A stretch of 64,000 nt of DNA from Candidatus Spongiisociaceae bacterium (lineage in GTDB: Bacteria > Actinomycetota > Acidimicrobiia > Spongiisociales > Spongiisociaceae): the NCBI GenBank assembly GCA_965219685.1, contig CBDCOH010000002.1:1056001-1120000 (forward strand). Reading direction: 5' to 3'. Of the stretch, positions 21,120 through 32,900 are shown piece by piece; the first letter of the stretch is position 1; every line of letters starts with the position of its first letter. A program made the translations under genes and the position numbers. The notes under the pieces are model-generated. The model was not told the DNA's origin. It searched no databases and saw only the letters and a program-made list of their open reading frames with translations.

Positions 21120-21275
21120 GAGGGGACCCGATCTTACCCGGCCGGGCCTGCTGGTCGGAGCAGGTCTCCTTCAGCCTTCCGACACGCTGGTGGGCGCTGG
21201 CCGGTTACCATGTTCAGCAATTCTCGGGGGCACTAACGGTAAGCGTCGATAGTGCCGCAGCTCACTTCCCAGGTC

Positions 21276-23057
21276 ATGGATCAGTCTCGCATACGCAACG
21301 TCGCGATCATCGCCCACATCGACCACGGCAAGTCCACACTGGCCGACCGGTTCCTGGAGTTGTGTGGTGCCGTGACGCCGCGGGAGATGCGGGCGCAGTA
21401 CCTCGACTCGATGGAACTCGAACGGGAGCGCGGGATCACCATCAAGTTGCAGAGCGTCCGCCTGTCCTACGGGCCGTGGTGGATCAACCTCATCGATACG
21501 CCCGGCCACGTCGACTTCGGTTACGAGGTGTCCCGATCCCTGGCGGCGTGCGAGGGGGTGATCCTCCTCGTGGACGCCGCGCAGGGGATCGAGGCCCAGA
21601 CTCTGGCCAACTGCACCATGGCCCTCGAACACGACCTGACCATCGTGGCAGCGCTCAACAAGGTCGACCTGCCGGCCGCCGACCCCGACCGGGTAGCGAC
21701 CGAGATCGAGCAGGTGATCGGGATTCCGGCCGAGGACGTCCTGCGGATCTCGGCGAAGACCGGTGAGGGCGTGCCCGAGTTGCTGGATGCCGTGACCGAG
21801 CAGGTTCCGGCCCCCGCTCACGGCGCGGATGCGGAACTGCAGGCGCTGATCTTCGACTCGCACTTCGACAATTACCGCGGGGTGGTCAGCTCGGTGCGGG
21901 TCATGCAGGGGACCCTCCGGACCGGTTCCCAGGTTCGGTTCATGCAGACGGGAGCCACCCACGGGGTGCAGGAGGTCGGGGTGCGTACCCCGGCTCCCTC
22001 CAAGGTTGGGGAACTGGGTCCGGGTGAGGTCGGATACCTCATCGCGGGGGTCAAGAACACAGCCGAGGCCCGTGCCGGCGAGACGGTGACCGAGGCCCGG
22101 AATCCCGCTTCCGGTCCCCTGCCGGGGTACCGCGTGCCCAAGCCGATGGTGTTCTGCGGGCTTTACCCGGTCGACGGGGACGAGTACCTGAACCTACGGG
22201 ACGCCCTCGATCGGCTCAGGCTCAACGACTCCAGCTTCAGCTACTTTCCGGAGACCTCGACGGCCCTCGGTTTCGGGTATCGATGTGGTTTTCTCGGGCT
22301 GTTGCACATGGAGATCATCACCCAGCGCCTCGAGCGCGAGTTCGCCTTGGACATAATCGCCACCAAGCCCTCCGTGGAGTACCGGGTCAGGACCACCTCG
22401 GGGGAGGTGCTGGCCGTTGACAGCCCCAGCCGCTTGCCACCCGCCGGCGAAGTGGCAGCTATCGCGGAACCCATGCTGCTGCTGAGCATCATCGCCCCGG
22501 CCCGGTACACGGGAAGGCTGATGGACCTGTGCCAGACCCGTCGGGGCCGCCTCGATCGCATGGACTACCTGTCGACGGAGAGGGTGGAGTTACGATACCG
22601 CCTGCCCCTGTCCGAGGTGGTCACCGACTTCTACGACCAGCTGAAGAGCCGGACGCGCGGGTACGCGAGCCTGGACTACGAGGCGGACGGCTACGAGGAT
22701 GCCGACCTGGTCAGGGTCGACATCATGTTGCAGTACGAGCCCGTTGATGCCTTCAGCGCCATCGTCCACCGGAGCGGCGCCTACGCCTACGGCCGGACCA
22801 TGACCGCCAAGCTCAGCGATCTGATCCCGCGCCAGCAGTTCGACGTACCGATCCAGGCCGCCATCGGCAGCCGCGTCATCGCCCGCGAGACCGTCAAGGC
22901 CTACCGCAAGGACGTGACCGCCAAGCTGTACGGCGGTGACGTGACCCGAAAGCGCAAGCTTCTGAGCCGCCAGCGAGCCGGCAAGAAACGCATGAAGGCG
23001 ATCGGCAACGTGGACGTTCCTCCGGAGGCCTTCATCTCGGCGATGCGCATCCAGTAG
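21276..23057 (+). CDS. lepA: Elongation factor 4
   Basis: [54 protein letters not shown]. Confidence 0.99.
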   Translation: MDQSRIRNVAIIAHIDHGKSTLADRFLELCGAVTPREMRAQYLDSMELERERGITIKLQSVRLSYGPWWINLIDTPGHVDFGYEVSRSLAACEGVILLVDAAQGIEAQTLANCTMALEHDLTIVAALNKVDLPAADPDRVATEIEQVIGIPAEDVLRISAKTGEGVPELLDAVTEQVPAPAHGADAELQALIFDSHFDNYRGVVSSVRVMQGTLRTGSQVRFMQTGATHGVQEVGVRTPAPSKVGELGPGEVGYLIAGVKNTAEARAGETVTEARNPASGPLPGYRVPKPMVFCGLYPVDGDEYLNLRDALDRLRLNDSSFSYFPETSTALGFGYRCGFLGLLHMEIITQRLEREFALDIIATKPSVEYRVRTTSGEVLAVDSPSRLPPAGEVAAIAEPMLLLSIIAPARYTGRLMDLCQTRRGRLDRMDYLSTERVELRYRLPLSEVVTDFYDQLKSRTRGYASLDYEADGYEDADLVRVDIMLQYEPVDAFSAIVHRSGAYAYGRTMTAKLSDLIPRQQFDVPIQAAIGSRVIARETVKAYRKDVTAKLYGGDVTRKRKLLSRQRAGKKRMKAIGNVDVPPEAFISAMRIQ

Positions 23058-23165
23058 GGCTGACGACGAACTCCCGCGCCGTCACCGGAAGGAGCGAAGG
23101 GGACCCTCTCCCATTTCGTGTTCGGCCGGGACCGAGAGGTTCGGGTGCCGCCGTGACTAGACGAT

Positions 23166-23202
23166 CACCAACCAGCAACTAACACTAGTAACTAGCAACT
23201 AA
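23166..23202. repeat. Degenerate (CTAGCAA)n heptamer tract overlapping the trpA stop
   Basis: caccaaccagcaactaacactagtaactagcaactaa. Confidence 0.7.
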
Positions 23203-23997
23203 TCCGGGAGAGATGGCCCGGGCGAGGGCTCGGGTGGCGGACGCGATCTCCGGGATGGGGTCGTCCGAGTCGAGCGCCCTCCGCACCAGGGCCGACCCGA
23301 CGATGATGCCGTCGACGTGGGGGGTGAGGGCGGCCGCCTGCTCGGGGGTTCCTATCCCCACTCCCATCACGAGGGGCACATCGGTCACAGCCCTGATCCT
23401 CTCCGCGAGCCGGCGAGGCACATCCGACACCGTGTCGCGCTCTCCGGTGACTCCCATTGCAGCCACCCCGTAGATGAACACCGGGTCGCGGGCAGCGATC
23501 CTTGCCAGCCGGTCGTCGTGGGTGGTGGGCGCGGCGAACAGCACCAGGCCGATACCGGCCCGCTCGCAGGCCTCGATCACGGGTCCGGCTTCCTCCAGCG
23601 GCAGGTCTGCGACGATCAGTCCGGATGCTCCGGCATCGGCGGCCCGCCCAGCGAACTCGTCCGGGCCGACCCGGAACACCGGGTTGGCATAGGACATCGC
23701 GAGTGACGGTCGCGCGGTTGCCTCGACGACCCGGCGAAGGATGTCGAACCCGCCGCTCAGCGTCATACCCTGCTCGATCGCTCTCTCGCTCGCCAACTGG
23801 ATGGTGGGCCCGTCCATTAGGGGGTCGCTGTAGGGAATACCGACCTCGAAGGCGTCCGCCCCGGCCTCGGCCATCGCTACGAAGGTGTCCACCGTCGCTC
23901 CCGGGCTCGGCAGGCCGGCGGTCATGAAGGGCAGGAACGCGGTGCGTCCCTGCCTCCTGACGTCTGCGAACAGCCTGTCCAGGTCCTTCCGGCTCAT
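23185..23997 (-). CDS. trpA: Tryptophan synthase alpha chain
   Basis: EVGIPYSDPLMDGPTIQ, GVTGER, DGIIVGSA. Confidence 0.97.
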   Translation of the reverse strand: MSRKDLDRLFADVRRQGRTAFLPFMTAGLPSPGATVDTFVAMAEAGADAFEVGIPYSDPLMDGPTIQLASERAIEQGMTLSGGFDILRRVVEATARPSLAMSYANPVFRVGPDEFAGRAADAGASGLIVADLPLEEAGPVIEACERAGIGLVLFAAPTTHDDRLARIAARDPVFIYGVAAMGVTGERDTVSDVPRRLAERIRAVTDVPLVMGVGIGTPEQAAALTPHVDGIIVGSALVRRALDSDDPIPEIASATRALARAISPGLVASY

Positions 23998-24001
23998 CCG
24001 T

Positions 24002-25210
24002 TCACCCTATCCCGGTCTTGGCAGCGATCATCTCGACATCCTTGTCTCCGCGCCCGGAGAGGTTGATCAGCACCGTCCGGTCCCGCAGGGCGTCGGCCTC
24101 CTTGGCCACCCAGGCCACCGCGTGAGCCGACTCGAGGGCGGGGATGATCCCCTCGGTACGGGAGAGCAGGTCGACCCCTCCCAAGGCCTCGTCGTCCGTT
24201 ATGGACACGTACCGGGCCAGTCCGGCGTCTGCGAAGTAGGCGTGCTCCGGTCCCACCCCCGGATAGTCGAGACCTGCCGAGATGGAGTGGGCCTCGAGGA
24301 CCTGGCCCTCGTCGTCCTGGAGCATGTACGTGCGGGCGCCGTGGAGGATCCCCGGTGAACCGGCGCCTATCGAGGCTCCGTGCCGTCCGGTCTCGATCCC
24401 GTGACCGGCCGCTTCCACGCCGATCAACTCCACCGCTTCACGACCCGCGAACGGGTAGAACATGCCTATTGCGTTGGATCCCCCGCCCACGCAGGCCACG
24501 ACCACATCGGGCATCTCCCCGCGGAGTTGGCCGATGCTCTCCTCCCCGATCACCTTCTGGAACTCCCGCACGATCCATGGGAACGGATGGGGTCCCACCA
24601 CCGACCCGATGATGTAGTGGGTCGTTTCCACGGTACGCACCCAGTCGCGCATGGCCTCGTTGACGGCGTCCTTGAGGGTTCCGGCCCCGGAAGTGACCGG
24701 AATCACGTCGGTACCCAGCATGCGCATTCGCTGCACGTTCAGCGCCTGGCGATCGATGTCCTTCTCGCCCATGTAGACCAGGCACTCCAGGCCGGCGTAG
24801 GCCGCGGCGGTAGCTGTAGCGACGCCGTGCTGGCCGGCGCCCGTCTCGGCGATCAGCCGGGACTTGCCCATGCGGGTGGTGAGCAGGGCTTGGCCCAAGG
24901 CGTTGTTTATCTTGTGGGCGCCGGTGTGGGCCAGATCCTCCCGCTTGAGGAGAACGCGGACGCCGATCTCGCTGGACAGATGGTCCGCGCCGTGAAGCGG
25001 GGTGGGTCTGCCCGTGTAGCTGTGCAGCAGATCGTGGAACTCGCTCACGAAGCTCGGGTCGATCCAGGCATCGGCGAACTCCGCGGCCAGTTCCTTCAGG
25101 GCCGGCATGAGGGTCTCGGGTGCGAACATGCCGCCGTAGTCACCGAACCTGCCCCGTTCGTCCGGCCGATCCAGCCTGGGGCCCGGAGCGGTCGCGGGGG
25201 TTACCGTCAT
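24002..25210 (-). CDS. trpB: Tryptophan synthase beta chain
   Basis: [50 protein letters not shown]; ATGA overlap with trpF. Confidence 0.98.
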   Translation of the reverse strand: MTVTPATAPGPRLDRPDERGRFGDYGGMFAPETLMPALKELAAEFADAWIDPSFVSEFHDLLHSYTGRPTPLHGADHLSSEIGVRVLLKREDLAHTGAHKINNALGQALLTTRMGKSRLIAETGAGQHGVATATAAAYAGLECLVYMGEKDIDRQALNVQRMRMLGTDVIPVTSGAGTLKDAVNEAMRDWVRTVETTHYIIGSVVGPHPFPWIVREFQKVIGEESIGQLRGEMPDVVVACVGGGSNAIGMFYPFAGREAVELIGVEAAGHGIETGRHGASIGAGSPGILHGARTYMLQDDEGQVLEAHSISAGLDYPGVGPEHAYFADAGLARYVSITDDEALGGVDLLSRTEGIIPALESAHAVAWVAKEADALRDRTVLINLSGRGDKDVEMIAAKTGIG

Positions 25211-25821
25211 GAACCTTCCTCCACCCGTTTGGCGTTCCTTACAAAGCTGTGGATCCTGGCAGGATCCTTCACTCCCGGGGCAGACTCTAGGCCGGACGAG
25301 GCGTCGACACCCCATGGACGGTGACGGGCCACGGCCTCGGCCACGTTCGCGGGGTCAAGACCCCCGGCCAGCACGTAGTGGCTTCCGGGCGGGGGGAGCC
25401 ACTCCAGATCCACTCGCTTGCCGGTTCCGCCCAGCCCTTCCGGTGAGTAGCCGTCGAGAAGGGCGGTCTGTCCGGGAGGGATCGTCCGGAGGTCCACCGG
25501 ACCCCGCACCCGGTGCGGCCGCAGTACGAAGGCCCCCGCCCCGGCTGCGGCGTGGGCGGCTTCGGATGCGTGGTCACCGTAGGGTTGCACGCCGGCGGCT
25601 CCCACGCGGTCCAGCAGCGCCACCAACTCCTCGGGGCGGGTGTCGAGCGTGAGGATCACCGCAGGTACCCGGGACTGGGAGGCCAGCCGGGCCGCCTCGT
25701 CGATCTCCACGTATCGGGTCGTTCCTTCGATCAGGTTCAGGCCCACAGTGTCCGCACCCGCTTCTGCAGCGGCCTCGAGGTCGACGACGGTTCGCATCCC
25801 GCAGACCTTCACCCAGGTCAT
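25207..25821 (-). CDS. trpF: Phosphoribosylanthranilate isomerase
   Basis: [33 protein letters not shown]. Confidence 0.95.
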   Translation of the reverse strand: MTWVKVCGMRTVVDLEAAAEAGADTVGLNLIEGTTRYVEIDEAARLASQSRVPAVILTLDTRPEELVALLDRVGAAGVQPYGDHASEAAHAAAGAGAFVLRPHRVRGPVDLRTIPPGQTALLDGYSPEGLGGTGKRVDLEWLPPPGSHYVLAGGLDPANVAEAVARHRPWGVDASSGLESAPGVKDPARIHSFVRNAKRVEEGS

Positions 25822-25822
25822 G

Positions 25823-26584
25823 TCACCCCCTGAGACCCGCGATGGCCTCGGCGGGATCCGCCGACCTGGACAGGTACTCCCCCACCAGCAGCGCGTCGTA
25901 TCCCGCGTCTCTGAGGCGGGTAGCGTCCTCCGGGCCCTTCACCCCGCTCTCGGCGACGCGTATGTCGACCCCTTCCAGCAGCGGTGAGATCTCCTCCGAG
26001 GTGGCCAGATCCACGTTGAAGGTCCGAAGGTCCCGGTTGTTGACGCCCACGATCCTGGCCCCCGCATCCAATGCCCTGATCGCCTCCTCGCGGCTATGGA
26101 CCTCCACCAGGGCTGCCAACCCGGCTTCTTCGGCTGCCCGCAGCAGCTTGGCGAGGAGAGGGTCGTCGAGGATCGCCACGATGAGCAGCACCGCGTCGGC
26201 TCCCATCGCCCTAGTTTCCCAGACCTGTGACGTGTCGAGCGTGAAGTCCTTGCGCAGCGCCGGCAGCGACGTGGCCGACCGGGCCGAGCGGAGGTCTTCG
26301 GGGCCTCCCATGAAATGGTCCGGCTCGGTCAGGACCGACATCGCGGATGCTCCGCCCGATTCGAAGGCAGCGGCCCGTTCGGAGGGATCCATCCCGGCGT
26401 TGATCACCCCTTTCGAGGGTGAAGCTCGTTTGAACTCGGCGATGATCGACAGTCCGGGCCCGGCAAGTGCACCGGCGAAGTCCCGTGGCGGCGGCAGGCT
26501 CGCCGCCGACTCACGTAGTTGCATCTCGCGTGCCTGTATCGAGGGGAGTCGGCTGCGAACCGATCCGAGAATATTGTCGAGCAT
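25823..26584 (-). CDS. trpC: Indole-3-glycerol phosphate synthase
   Basis: IAEFKRASPSKG, SVLTE, LRKDF, GVNNRDL, AESG. Confidence 0.97.
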   Translation of the reverse strand: MLDNILGSVRSRLPSIQAREMQLRESAASLPPPRDFAGALAGPGLSIIAEFKRASPSKGVINAGMDPSERAAAFESGGASAMSVLTEPDHFMGGPEDLRSARSATSLPALRKDFTLDTSQVWETRAMGADAVLLIVAILDDPLLAKLLRAAEEAGLAALVEVHSREEAIRALDAGARIVGVNNRDLRTFNVDLATSEEISPLLEGVDIRVAESGVKGPEDATRLRDAGYDALLVGEYLSRSADPAEAIAGLRG

Positions 26585-26645
26585 GGTCGTGAAGGCTACT
26601 CGGCCCCGACCTGATCGCTGTGCGCTCGGAGGGGAGCGGGTCCTC

Positions 26646-27581
26646 TCAATGGGTGAGCAGTGGCAGCTGCTCGACCGTCCCCCTCGCGCTCCCCTCTTCC
26701 CAGGACACCGTTACCTGCGTCCCCGGCGGGGCCTCCCGCCGGATCAGGGCCAGGGCGACCGGGACTCCGGTTGACGGGCTCTCCCCCACCGATGTGAGTG
26801 TTCCTACCACCTTGCCCGCATGTGTGACCTTTGCCCCGGAGGGCGGGGCCGGCCCTTCGAGCATCCGCACCCCCCTGAGGTTCCGGTTCACGCGCCCCCG
26901 GCTGTCGATGCGCGCCACCAGTTCCTGGCCGAGGAAGCACCCCTTGGTGAACGACACGGCCTCGGGGACCAGACCGGACTCCTGGGGGATGGTCTTGTGA
27001 TCGATGTCGAGGCCGAAGCGGGGTTCTCCGGTCTCGATTCGCAGCGTGGTATGGGCATGCCGGCCGATGGGCTGCAGACCGCGGTGCTCCAGGTCGGAGA
27101 CTCCGAGACCGGCGACCAGGCGATGACGGAGCGGCTTTCCGCTCACCTCCGCCACCAGGATCCCGTCCTCGTCGGTCCAGCCGCCGGCGACGTCGAGCAT
27201 GGACGGGGCCGGACCCCATACATCGAACACCTCGCGGGCATCCGGCACCAGATCGACATCCACCCGCAGGCGCCAGCGTGACAGGGTCCGGATGGTCTCC
27301 TCCCGGCGGGCGGCTCCGGTCACGATTCCCACCCGGTCCTCTCCCCGCAGCAACCACAGCAGCGCCTCCAGTTTTCCGCGGGGCTGGAGAAGGAACGACC
27401 GCGCCACACGTCCCGGCGGCAGGGCCTCGACGTCCTGGCTGAGGATGTTCTGGAGGAAGGCGACCGTGTCTGGTCCCACGGCCCAGAACAGTCCGCTCAC
27501 TCCCCCCACGAACCCGGCGTCGTGGCGGCCTACCGCGTACTCGACGGCGGGGTCGCCGAACGACTCGGGCCACGGGCTCAC
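26646..27581 (-). CDS. YgfZ/GcvT-family folate-binding protein
   Basis: SFTKGCFLGQELVARI signature; GTG start overlaps the trpE stop. Confidence 0.9.
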   Translation of the reverse strand: MSPWPESFGDPAVEYAVGRHDAGFVGGVSGLFWAVGPDTVAFLQNILSQDVEALPPGRVARSFLLQPRGKLEALLWLLRGEDRVGIVTGAARREETIRTLSRWRLRVDVDLVPDAREVFDVWGPAPSMLDVAGGWTDEDGILVAEVSGKPLRHRLVAGLGVSDLEHRGLQPIGRHAHTTLRIETGEPRFGLDIDHKTIPQESGLVPEAVSFTKGCFLGQELVARIDSRGRVNRNLRGVRMLEGPAPPSGAKVTHAGKVVGTLTSVGESPSTGVPVALALIRREAPPGTQVTVSWEEGSARGTVEQLPLLTH

Positions 27582-29062
27582 ACCGACTCCGCGCCCACGA
27601 TCGCCGCCAGAGCCGCGGCGGCCTTGGCCTCGGTCTCCCGGTACTCGGTCGTCGGGTCCGAGTCGGCTACCAGGCCCGCCCCCGCCTGGATCCAAGCGGT
27701 GCCATCTGCGATTACCACCGTTCTCAGACAGATCGCCGTGTCGACGTTCCCGCTGAAGTCCAGGTATCCGGCTGCGCCCGCGTACGGTCCCCGTGTCACG
27801 GGCTCCAACTCGTCGATGATCTCCATGGCCCGGACCTTGGGAGCACCGGACACGGTGCCGTGCGGGAACACCGCACGGATCACGTCGACGGGCCCGTGGC
27901 CGTCTCCCAGGCGTCCCGAGACGCCCGACACGATGTGCATCACGTGGGAGTACCTTTCCACCACCATCAGGTCGTCCACCTTGACCGAGCCGAAGTTGCA
28001 CACCCTGCCGAGGTCGTTACGGGCCAGGTCGATGAGCATGACATGTTCCGCCCTCTCCTTCGGGTCGGCCAGCATCTCCTTCTCCAGCGCAAGGTCCTCC
28101 TCCTCGGTGGCGCCGCGGGGTCGGGTCCCGGCGATGGGCCGGGAGTAGACGGTTCCGTCCCGGACCCGGGTCATGAGCTCGGGTGACGAACCGGCCACGG
28201 TGACCTCCGGATGGTGGAGGTAGAAGAGGAACGGGGAGGGGTTTATCAGGCGCAGCGCCCGGTAGATGTTGAAGGGGTCGCCTTCGAAGGGGGTGGCGAG
28301 GCGCTGGCTCAGCACTACCTGGTAGGCGTCACCGGCCCTTATGTAGTCCTTCACCACCCTGACGGCGTCCTCGAAGACATCCCGGGTCATCGTCGACGTG
28401 AACGACGGCCGGCTGGAGGTGGACCGGTGGAAGGGCCCGGCCGGCCGGTAGCGAAGGGCCATGCCGAGGCGGTCGGCCGCGGCGCGAAGGCGGTCGGCCG
28501 CGTTCTCGTAGGCGGCGTCGAGATCCTCCTCGAGGTCCGTGAAGACATTCCGGACGAGAGTGATGGTCTGGCCGAAGTGGTCGAGCGCGGCCAGACTGCC
28601 GACGAACTGCCACATCATCTCTGGCAGGCCCCGGTCGTCGGCGGGCTGGTCGGGTAGGTGCTCGACGTAGCGGACCATGTCGTAGGAGAGGTATCCCACC
28701 GCTCCCGAGTGCAGCGGTGGAAGGCCGGCGATCGGGCCCGTGTCGTAGCGGGCCAGCAACTGTTCCAGAACCGTGAGCGGGTCGCCGCCGGGGAGTTCGA
28801 GGCGAGGATCGTCCACGCGGGTGACCCCGTGGTAGCTGGTGACCGTGAACACCGGATCCCATCCGAGGAACGACCACTGCGCCCACCTCTCGCCCCCCTC
28901 GAGGGATTCGAGCAGGAATCCGGGCCGGTCGCCGACCAGTTTGCCGTAGACACTGACCGGGGTCTCCCGGTCGGACAGCAACGACATGGTCACCGGAACC
29001 ACGGGTAAAGACTCCGCCATACGGCGGAACCCGGCAAGGTCGGGGCTTATCTCCATGGCCAC
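27578..29062 (-). CDS. trpE: Anthranilate synthase component I
   Basis: FLLES, QVVLSQR, SSPE, PIAGTRPRG, KERAEHVMLIDLARND, GTVSGAPKVRAM, QAGAG. Confidence 0.95.
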   Translation of the reverse strand: MAMEISPDLAGFRRMAESLPVVPVTMSLLSDRETPVSVYGKLVGDRPGFLLESLEGGERWAQWSFLGWDPVFTVTSYHGVTRVDDPRLELPGGDPLTVLEQLLARYDTGPIAGLPPLHSGAVGYLSYDMVRYVEHLPDQPADDRGLPEMMWQFVGSLAALDHFGQTITLVRNVFTDLEEDLDAAYENAADRLRAAADRLGMALRYRPAGPFHRSTSSRPSFTSTMTRDVFEDAVRVVKDYIRAGDAYQVVLSQRLATPFEGDPFNIYRALRLINPSPFLFYLHHPEVTVAGSSPELMTRVRDGTVYSRPIAGTRPRGATEEEDLALEKEMLADPKERAEHVMLIDLARNDLGRVCNFGSVKVDDLMVVERYSHVMHIVSGVSGRLGDGHGPVDVIRAVFPHGTVSGAPKVRAMEIIDELEPVTRGPYAGAAGYLDFSGNVDTAICLRTVVIADGTAWIQAGAGLVADSDPTTEYRETEAKAAAALAAIVGAESV

Positions 29063-29155
29063 ACGTTACCGACGAGCAGAGCCGATCCAGAACCGGACCA
29101 ATCCCGACGGTGAGTCTCAGGCCGCGTCTGTGGACACGGCTTCCTCTGACGATCC

Positions 29156-29590
29156 CTACTCCTGGCGGTCAAGCCAGGTTTGCAGGGTCTGGGTGGTCCA
29201 AGTGGGAACGCCGGTGCCCAAGAAGTCGTTGTCGTTCGTCCAGATCGCTCCGTCCAGTGCCAGGGCACAGGCCACAGCCGGCCAGTCGGACTGATCGCGT
29301 TGTGATCGGGCCAGTGCCTCGTCCCTGAACGGGTAGTAGATCTCGGTGGCGACAACCGCCAGATTGTTGTCGACCGAATGGAGGCTCACCACTACCAGAT
29401 CATCACGGTCGACGGTGCTCAGACCTCGAGAGGATGCAAAGGCGCCTATACGTCGGGGTAATTCCACGTGCACCTCGGCCAGCATGTGTTCGGGGATGAA
29501 CAGTTCCAATCGGGGGTCCCCAAGCCTTTGCCTCCCCTTTGCCCGTAGAAGGTCCCCCACCAGCACGCTGGTGTCGACCACGAGCAGCAT
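29156..29590 (-). CDS. PIN-domain toxin (PIN_3-like)
   Basis: LVVDTSVL...RDQSDWPAVACAL..IWTNDNDF. Confidence 0.9.
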   Translation of the reverse strand: MLLVVDTSVLVGDLLRAKGRQRLGDPRLELFIPEHMLAEVHVELPRRIGAFASSRGLSTVDRDDLVVVSLHSVDNNLAVVATEIYYPFRDEALARSQRDQSDWPAVACALALDGAIWTNDNDFLGTGVPTWTTQTLQTWLDRQE

Positions 29591-29847
29591 CAGGCCTTCT
29601 GGTAGTCGTCGGGCGCCAGAGCGCGAACGAGTTCCTCCTCGCTCAGACCGGTGGTTTCCAGAACCCGTTCGACCACCTCTCCAACGCGATCGAACGACTC
29701 GATGATCTCTGTTCGGTTGTGCTTGGGTGTCGGAACCGGCACGAAGAACCCGACCGGCTTGCCGTTCCGTTCGATCCGGATCGTCTCACCGAGCTTCATC
29801 AAAGTGGTTGCATGATCCCTGAATTGCCTGATCCCGACAGCGCGCAC
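29590..29847 (-). CDS. Phd/YefM-like antitoxin
   Basis: The real gene is the C-terminal 85 aa of the long ORF: (M)RAVGIRQFRDHATT..IERNGKPVGFFVP; GGGGAGG RBS; stop overlaps the toxin start. Confidence 0.85.
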   Translation of the reverse strand: MRAVGIRQFRDHATTLMKLGETIRIERNGKPVGFFVPVPTPKHNRTEIIESFDRVGEVVERVLETTGLSEEELVRALAPDDYQKA

Positions 29848-29975
29848 GGAAGACCTCCCCGATGTGACCACTAGTGTAGCCACGGCACCCTGGGTGGGTG
29901 TGGTCCCCGAGGTGCTCGCCGCCAGGAACGGCTTGTCTCCCGATCTATCCCGTTCCGTGGCTCTTGGTAGGTTCT

Positions 29976-32900
29976 TCAGCGGAAGTTGCGGGCTTGTAGC
30001 CGGTCGGTCGGGAGGGGGGTGAAGCCTCTGGCCACCAGGTTGGTCACGCCGTCGCGGTATTCGAGGATGCCCCGGATGATCAAGCCGGGGTTGCGGCGGG
30101 CGACCCTGCGGTGTTCCATCCAGATCTCCGGTAGCACCACCACGTTCAGCAGGCCGGTCTCGTCCTCGAGGTTGAAGAAGACGATGCCTCTGGAGGTGGC
30201 CGGACGCTGCCGGTGGGTGACCACTCCTCCTACCTCGATCCGGACGCCGTTGCGGCGTATTTCGAGTGCTTCGGCGACGGGGATACATCCGAGTTCCGCC
30301 AGCCGGGGGCGGGCGAAGTGCATGGGATGCTTGACCGACACTCCGGTGGCCCACAGTGATGCCTGGTGGACCTCCCGGTCCTTCATCGGCGCCAGCCGGG
30401 GCGGGTCCAGTCCGGGTACCAGCGGTAACCGCTCGGGACCGGCCCCGGCCATGGCGCCGGCCATCCACATGCCCTGGCGGGGGGATATCCCGAACGATCC
30501 GAAGGCGCCGGCGGCGGCCAGGCCCTCGAGGGTGTCCACCGCCAGCCCGGTGCGGTGGGCGAATTCGGTGGGATCGGAGAAGGCGCCACCGATCTGGCGG
30601 GCTGCCAGGATCCGTCTCGCCTCGGCTTCTCCCAGGTTGCGGACGTATCCCAGCCCGAGCCGGGCCGCCACCGGCTCCCGGATGGCGTCTTCGACCGGGC
30701 CCCTCCCGCGCCGCCAGCGCATCCCGAAGTGCTCCACGATGTCCTCCTCGGCGCACGCATGCGGTTCGACGGTGCACTCCTCCAGAGAGCGGTTCACGTC
30801 GGGGTCCAGCACCACCACCCCGTGGCGGAGGGCGTCCTGGACCAGGGAGTTCGGGGAGTAGAAGCCCATCGGCTGGGCGTTGAGCAGTCCGACCAGGAAC
30901 TCGGCCGGGTAGTGGTAGCGCAGCCAGGCCGACATGTAGACGATGTAGGCGAACGACACCGAGTGGCTCTCGGGGAAACCGAACGAGGCGAAACCCTGCA
31001 GCTTCTCCCAGATCTCGCGGGCGGCGGCGCCTGTCACTCCCTTGGAGCGCATCCCCTCGAACACCTCCTCCTCGAGTTGTGCCATCGCCTCGTCCGATCG
31101 CTTGTGGGTCATGGCGGAACGGAGCCGGTCGGACTGGCCCCCGTCGAAACCGGCGCACACGCGGGCCAGTTCCATGAGCTGCTCTTGGAAGACCGGCACG
31201 CCGAGGGTGCGCTCCAATATCGGTCGGGCCAGCGGATGGGGGTAGCGGACCGGTTCCTTCCCGTTGCGCCGACGCAGGTATGGATGGACCGAGGCGCCCT
31301 GGATGGGGCCGGGACGGATCAACGCCACCTGCACGGCCAGGTCGTAGAAGGTCCTGGGTTTGAGGCGCGGCAGGGTGGCCATCTGGGCCCTGGACTCGAC
31401 CTGGAACAGTCCCACGGTGTCGGCCCTGGTCAGCATCTCGTACACGGCTGGTTCCTGGGGAACGGTGGCCAGGTCGATCCGGTCGCCGTGGGCATCCTCG
31501 ATGATGTCCACGGTGAGATGCAAGGCATTCAGCATGCCCAGGCCCAGCAGGTCGAACTTGACGATCCCCATGGCGGCGCAGTCGTCCTTGTCCCATTGCA
31601 GCACCGTCCGGTTCTCCATGCGTCCCCACTCGACGGGCACCACCTGCCACAGCGGGCGGTCGGCGATGACCATGCCTCCCGAGTGGATTCCCAGGTGTCT
31701 GGGGAACCCGTCGAGGCGGCGGCAGATGTCGTAGACGAGTTCGGCGGTCAACCCGGCCGGGAGCGGATCCTCCAAGGGCAGTTCCGTGGGAGCGTGAGTG
31801 TCCACGTACCTGGTCATGCCGTCGGCCTGTGCCTGGGTGAAGCCGAAGGCCTTGGCCACGTCCTTGAGCACCGAACGGGCCCGGTAGGTGATCACGTTGG
31901 CGACCATGGCAGCCCGTTCCCGGCCGTACCGCCGGTAGCAATACTGGATGACCTCCTCGCGGCGCTCCGCCTCGAGATCCAGGTCGATGTCGGGGGGGCG
32001 GCCGCGTTCCTCGGAGAGAAACCGTTCGAACGGCAGGCCCAGGCGGATGGGGTCGACCCGGGTGAGGTCAAGGCAGCGGCAGACGGCCGAGTCGGCGCCC
32101 GAACCCCGTATCTGGCACATGATGTCCTGATCCCGGGCGAAGTTGACGATATCCCATACCACGAGGAAGTAGCCGGGGAAGCCGAGGCGGTGTATGACGT
32201 CCAGTTCGTACGTCAGGCGGGCGACAGCTCCCGCCTCGACTCCCCCTCCCCCGTCGGGGTATACCTTCCGGGCGCCCTGGAAGGTGAGATGGCGCAGGTA
32301 GTCCATTTCGGAGCGGAACCGGTCGGGCATGGGGAAGTCGGGCAGCCGGGGTGCTACCAGTCGCAGGTCGAAGGCCATTTCCCTGCCCAGCGAGGCGGCC
32401 TGTTCCACCGCTCCCGGATACTTGCGGAACCGGGCCGCCATCTCGTCGGGTGATTTGAGGTAACGCTCGTCGGTAGCAGGCCGGAACCCGTCGTGCTCGG
32501 TGAGGGAACGGCGCCCTCCGATGGCTGCCAGCACCTCGGACAGATCCGCGTCGCGCCGGTCGGCGTAGTGGACGTTGTTGGTGGCCACCGCGGGCAGGTT
32601 CAGCCGGGCGGCTATCTCCCATAGAAGGTCGTTGCGGCGGTCGTCCTCCGGCATGCGGTGATCCCAGAGCTCGATGTGGAGACGTTGCCCGAAGATCTCC
32701 CGCAGGCGGGAAGCAGCCCGGAGAGCCGCCACCTCGTCACCCCGCTGCGCTGCCCGCGGGACCGCTCCCATTCCGCATCCGGTGAGCGCCACCAGACCAC
32801 CCTTGGCGGCGGCATTGGCCAGGTCCTCCCATCGGTAGACGGGGCGGTCCTTCTCCCCCCGTAGCTGGGCCAGGGAGACCAGACGGCTCAACCGGGCGTA

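Noticed and set aside
21044-21766. ORF starting MGLEPIRPCGHRILSPARLPIPP
   Set aside because: Antisense translation of tRNA-Leu running into an off-frame of lepA.
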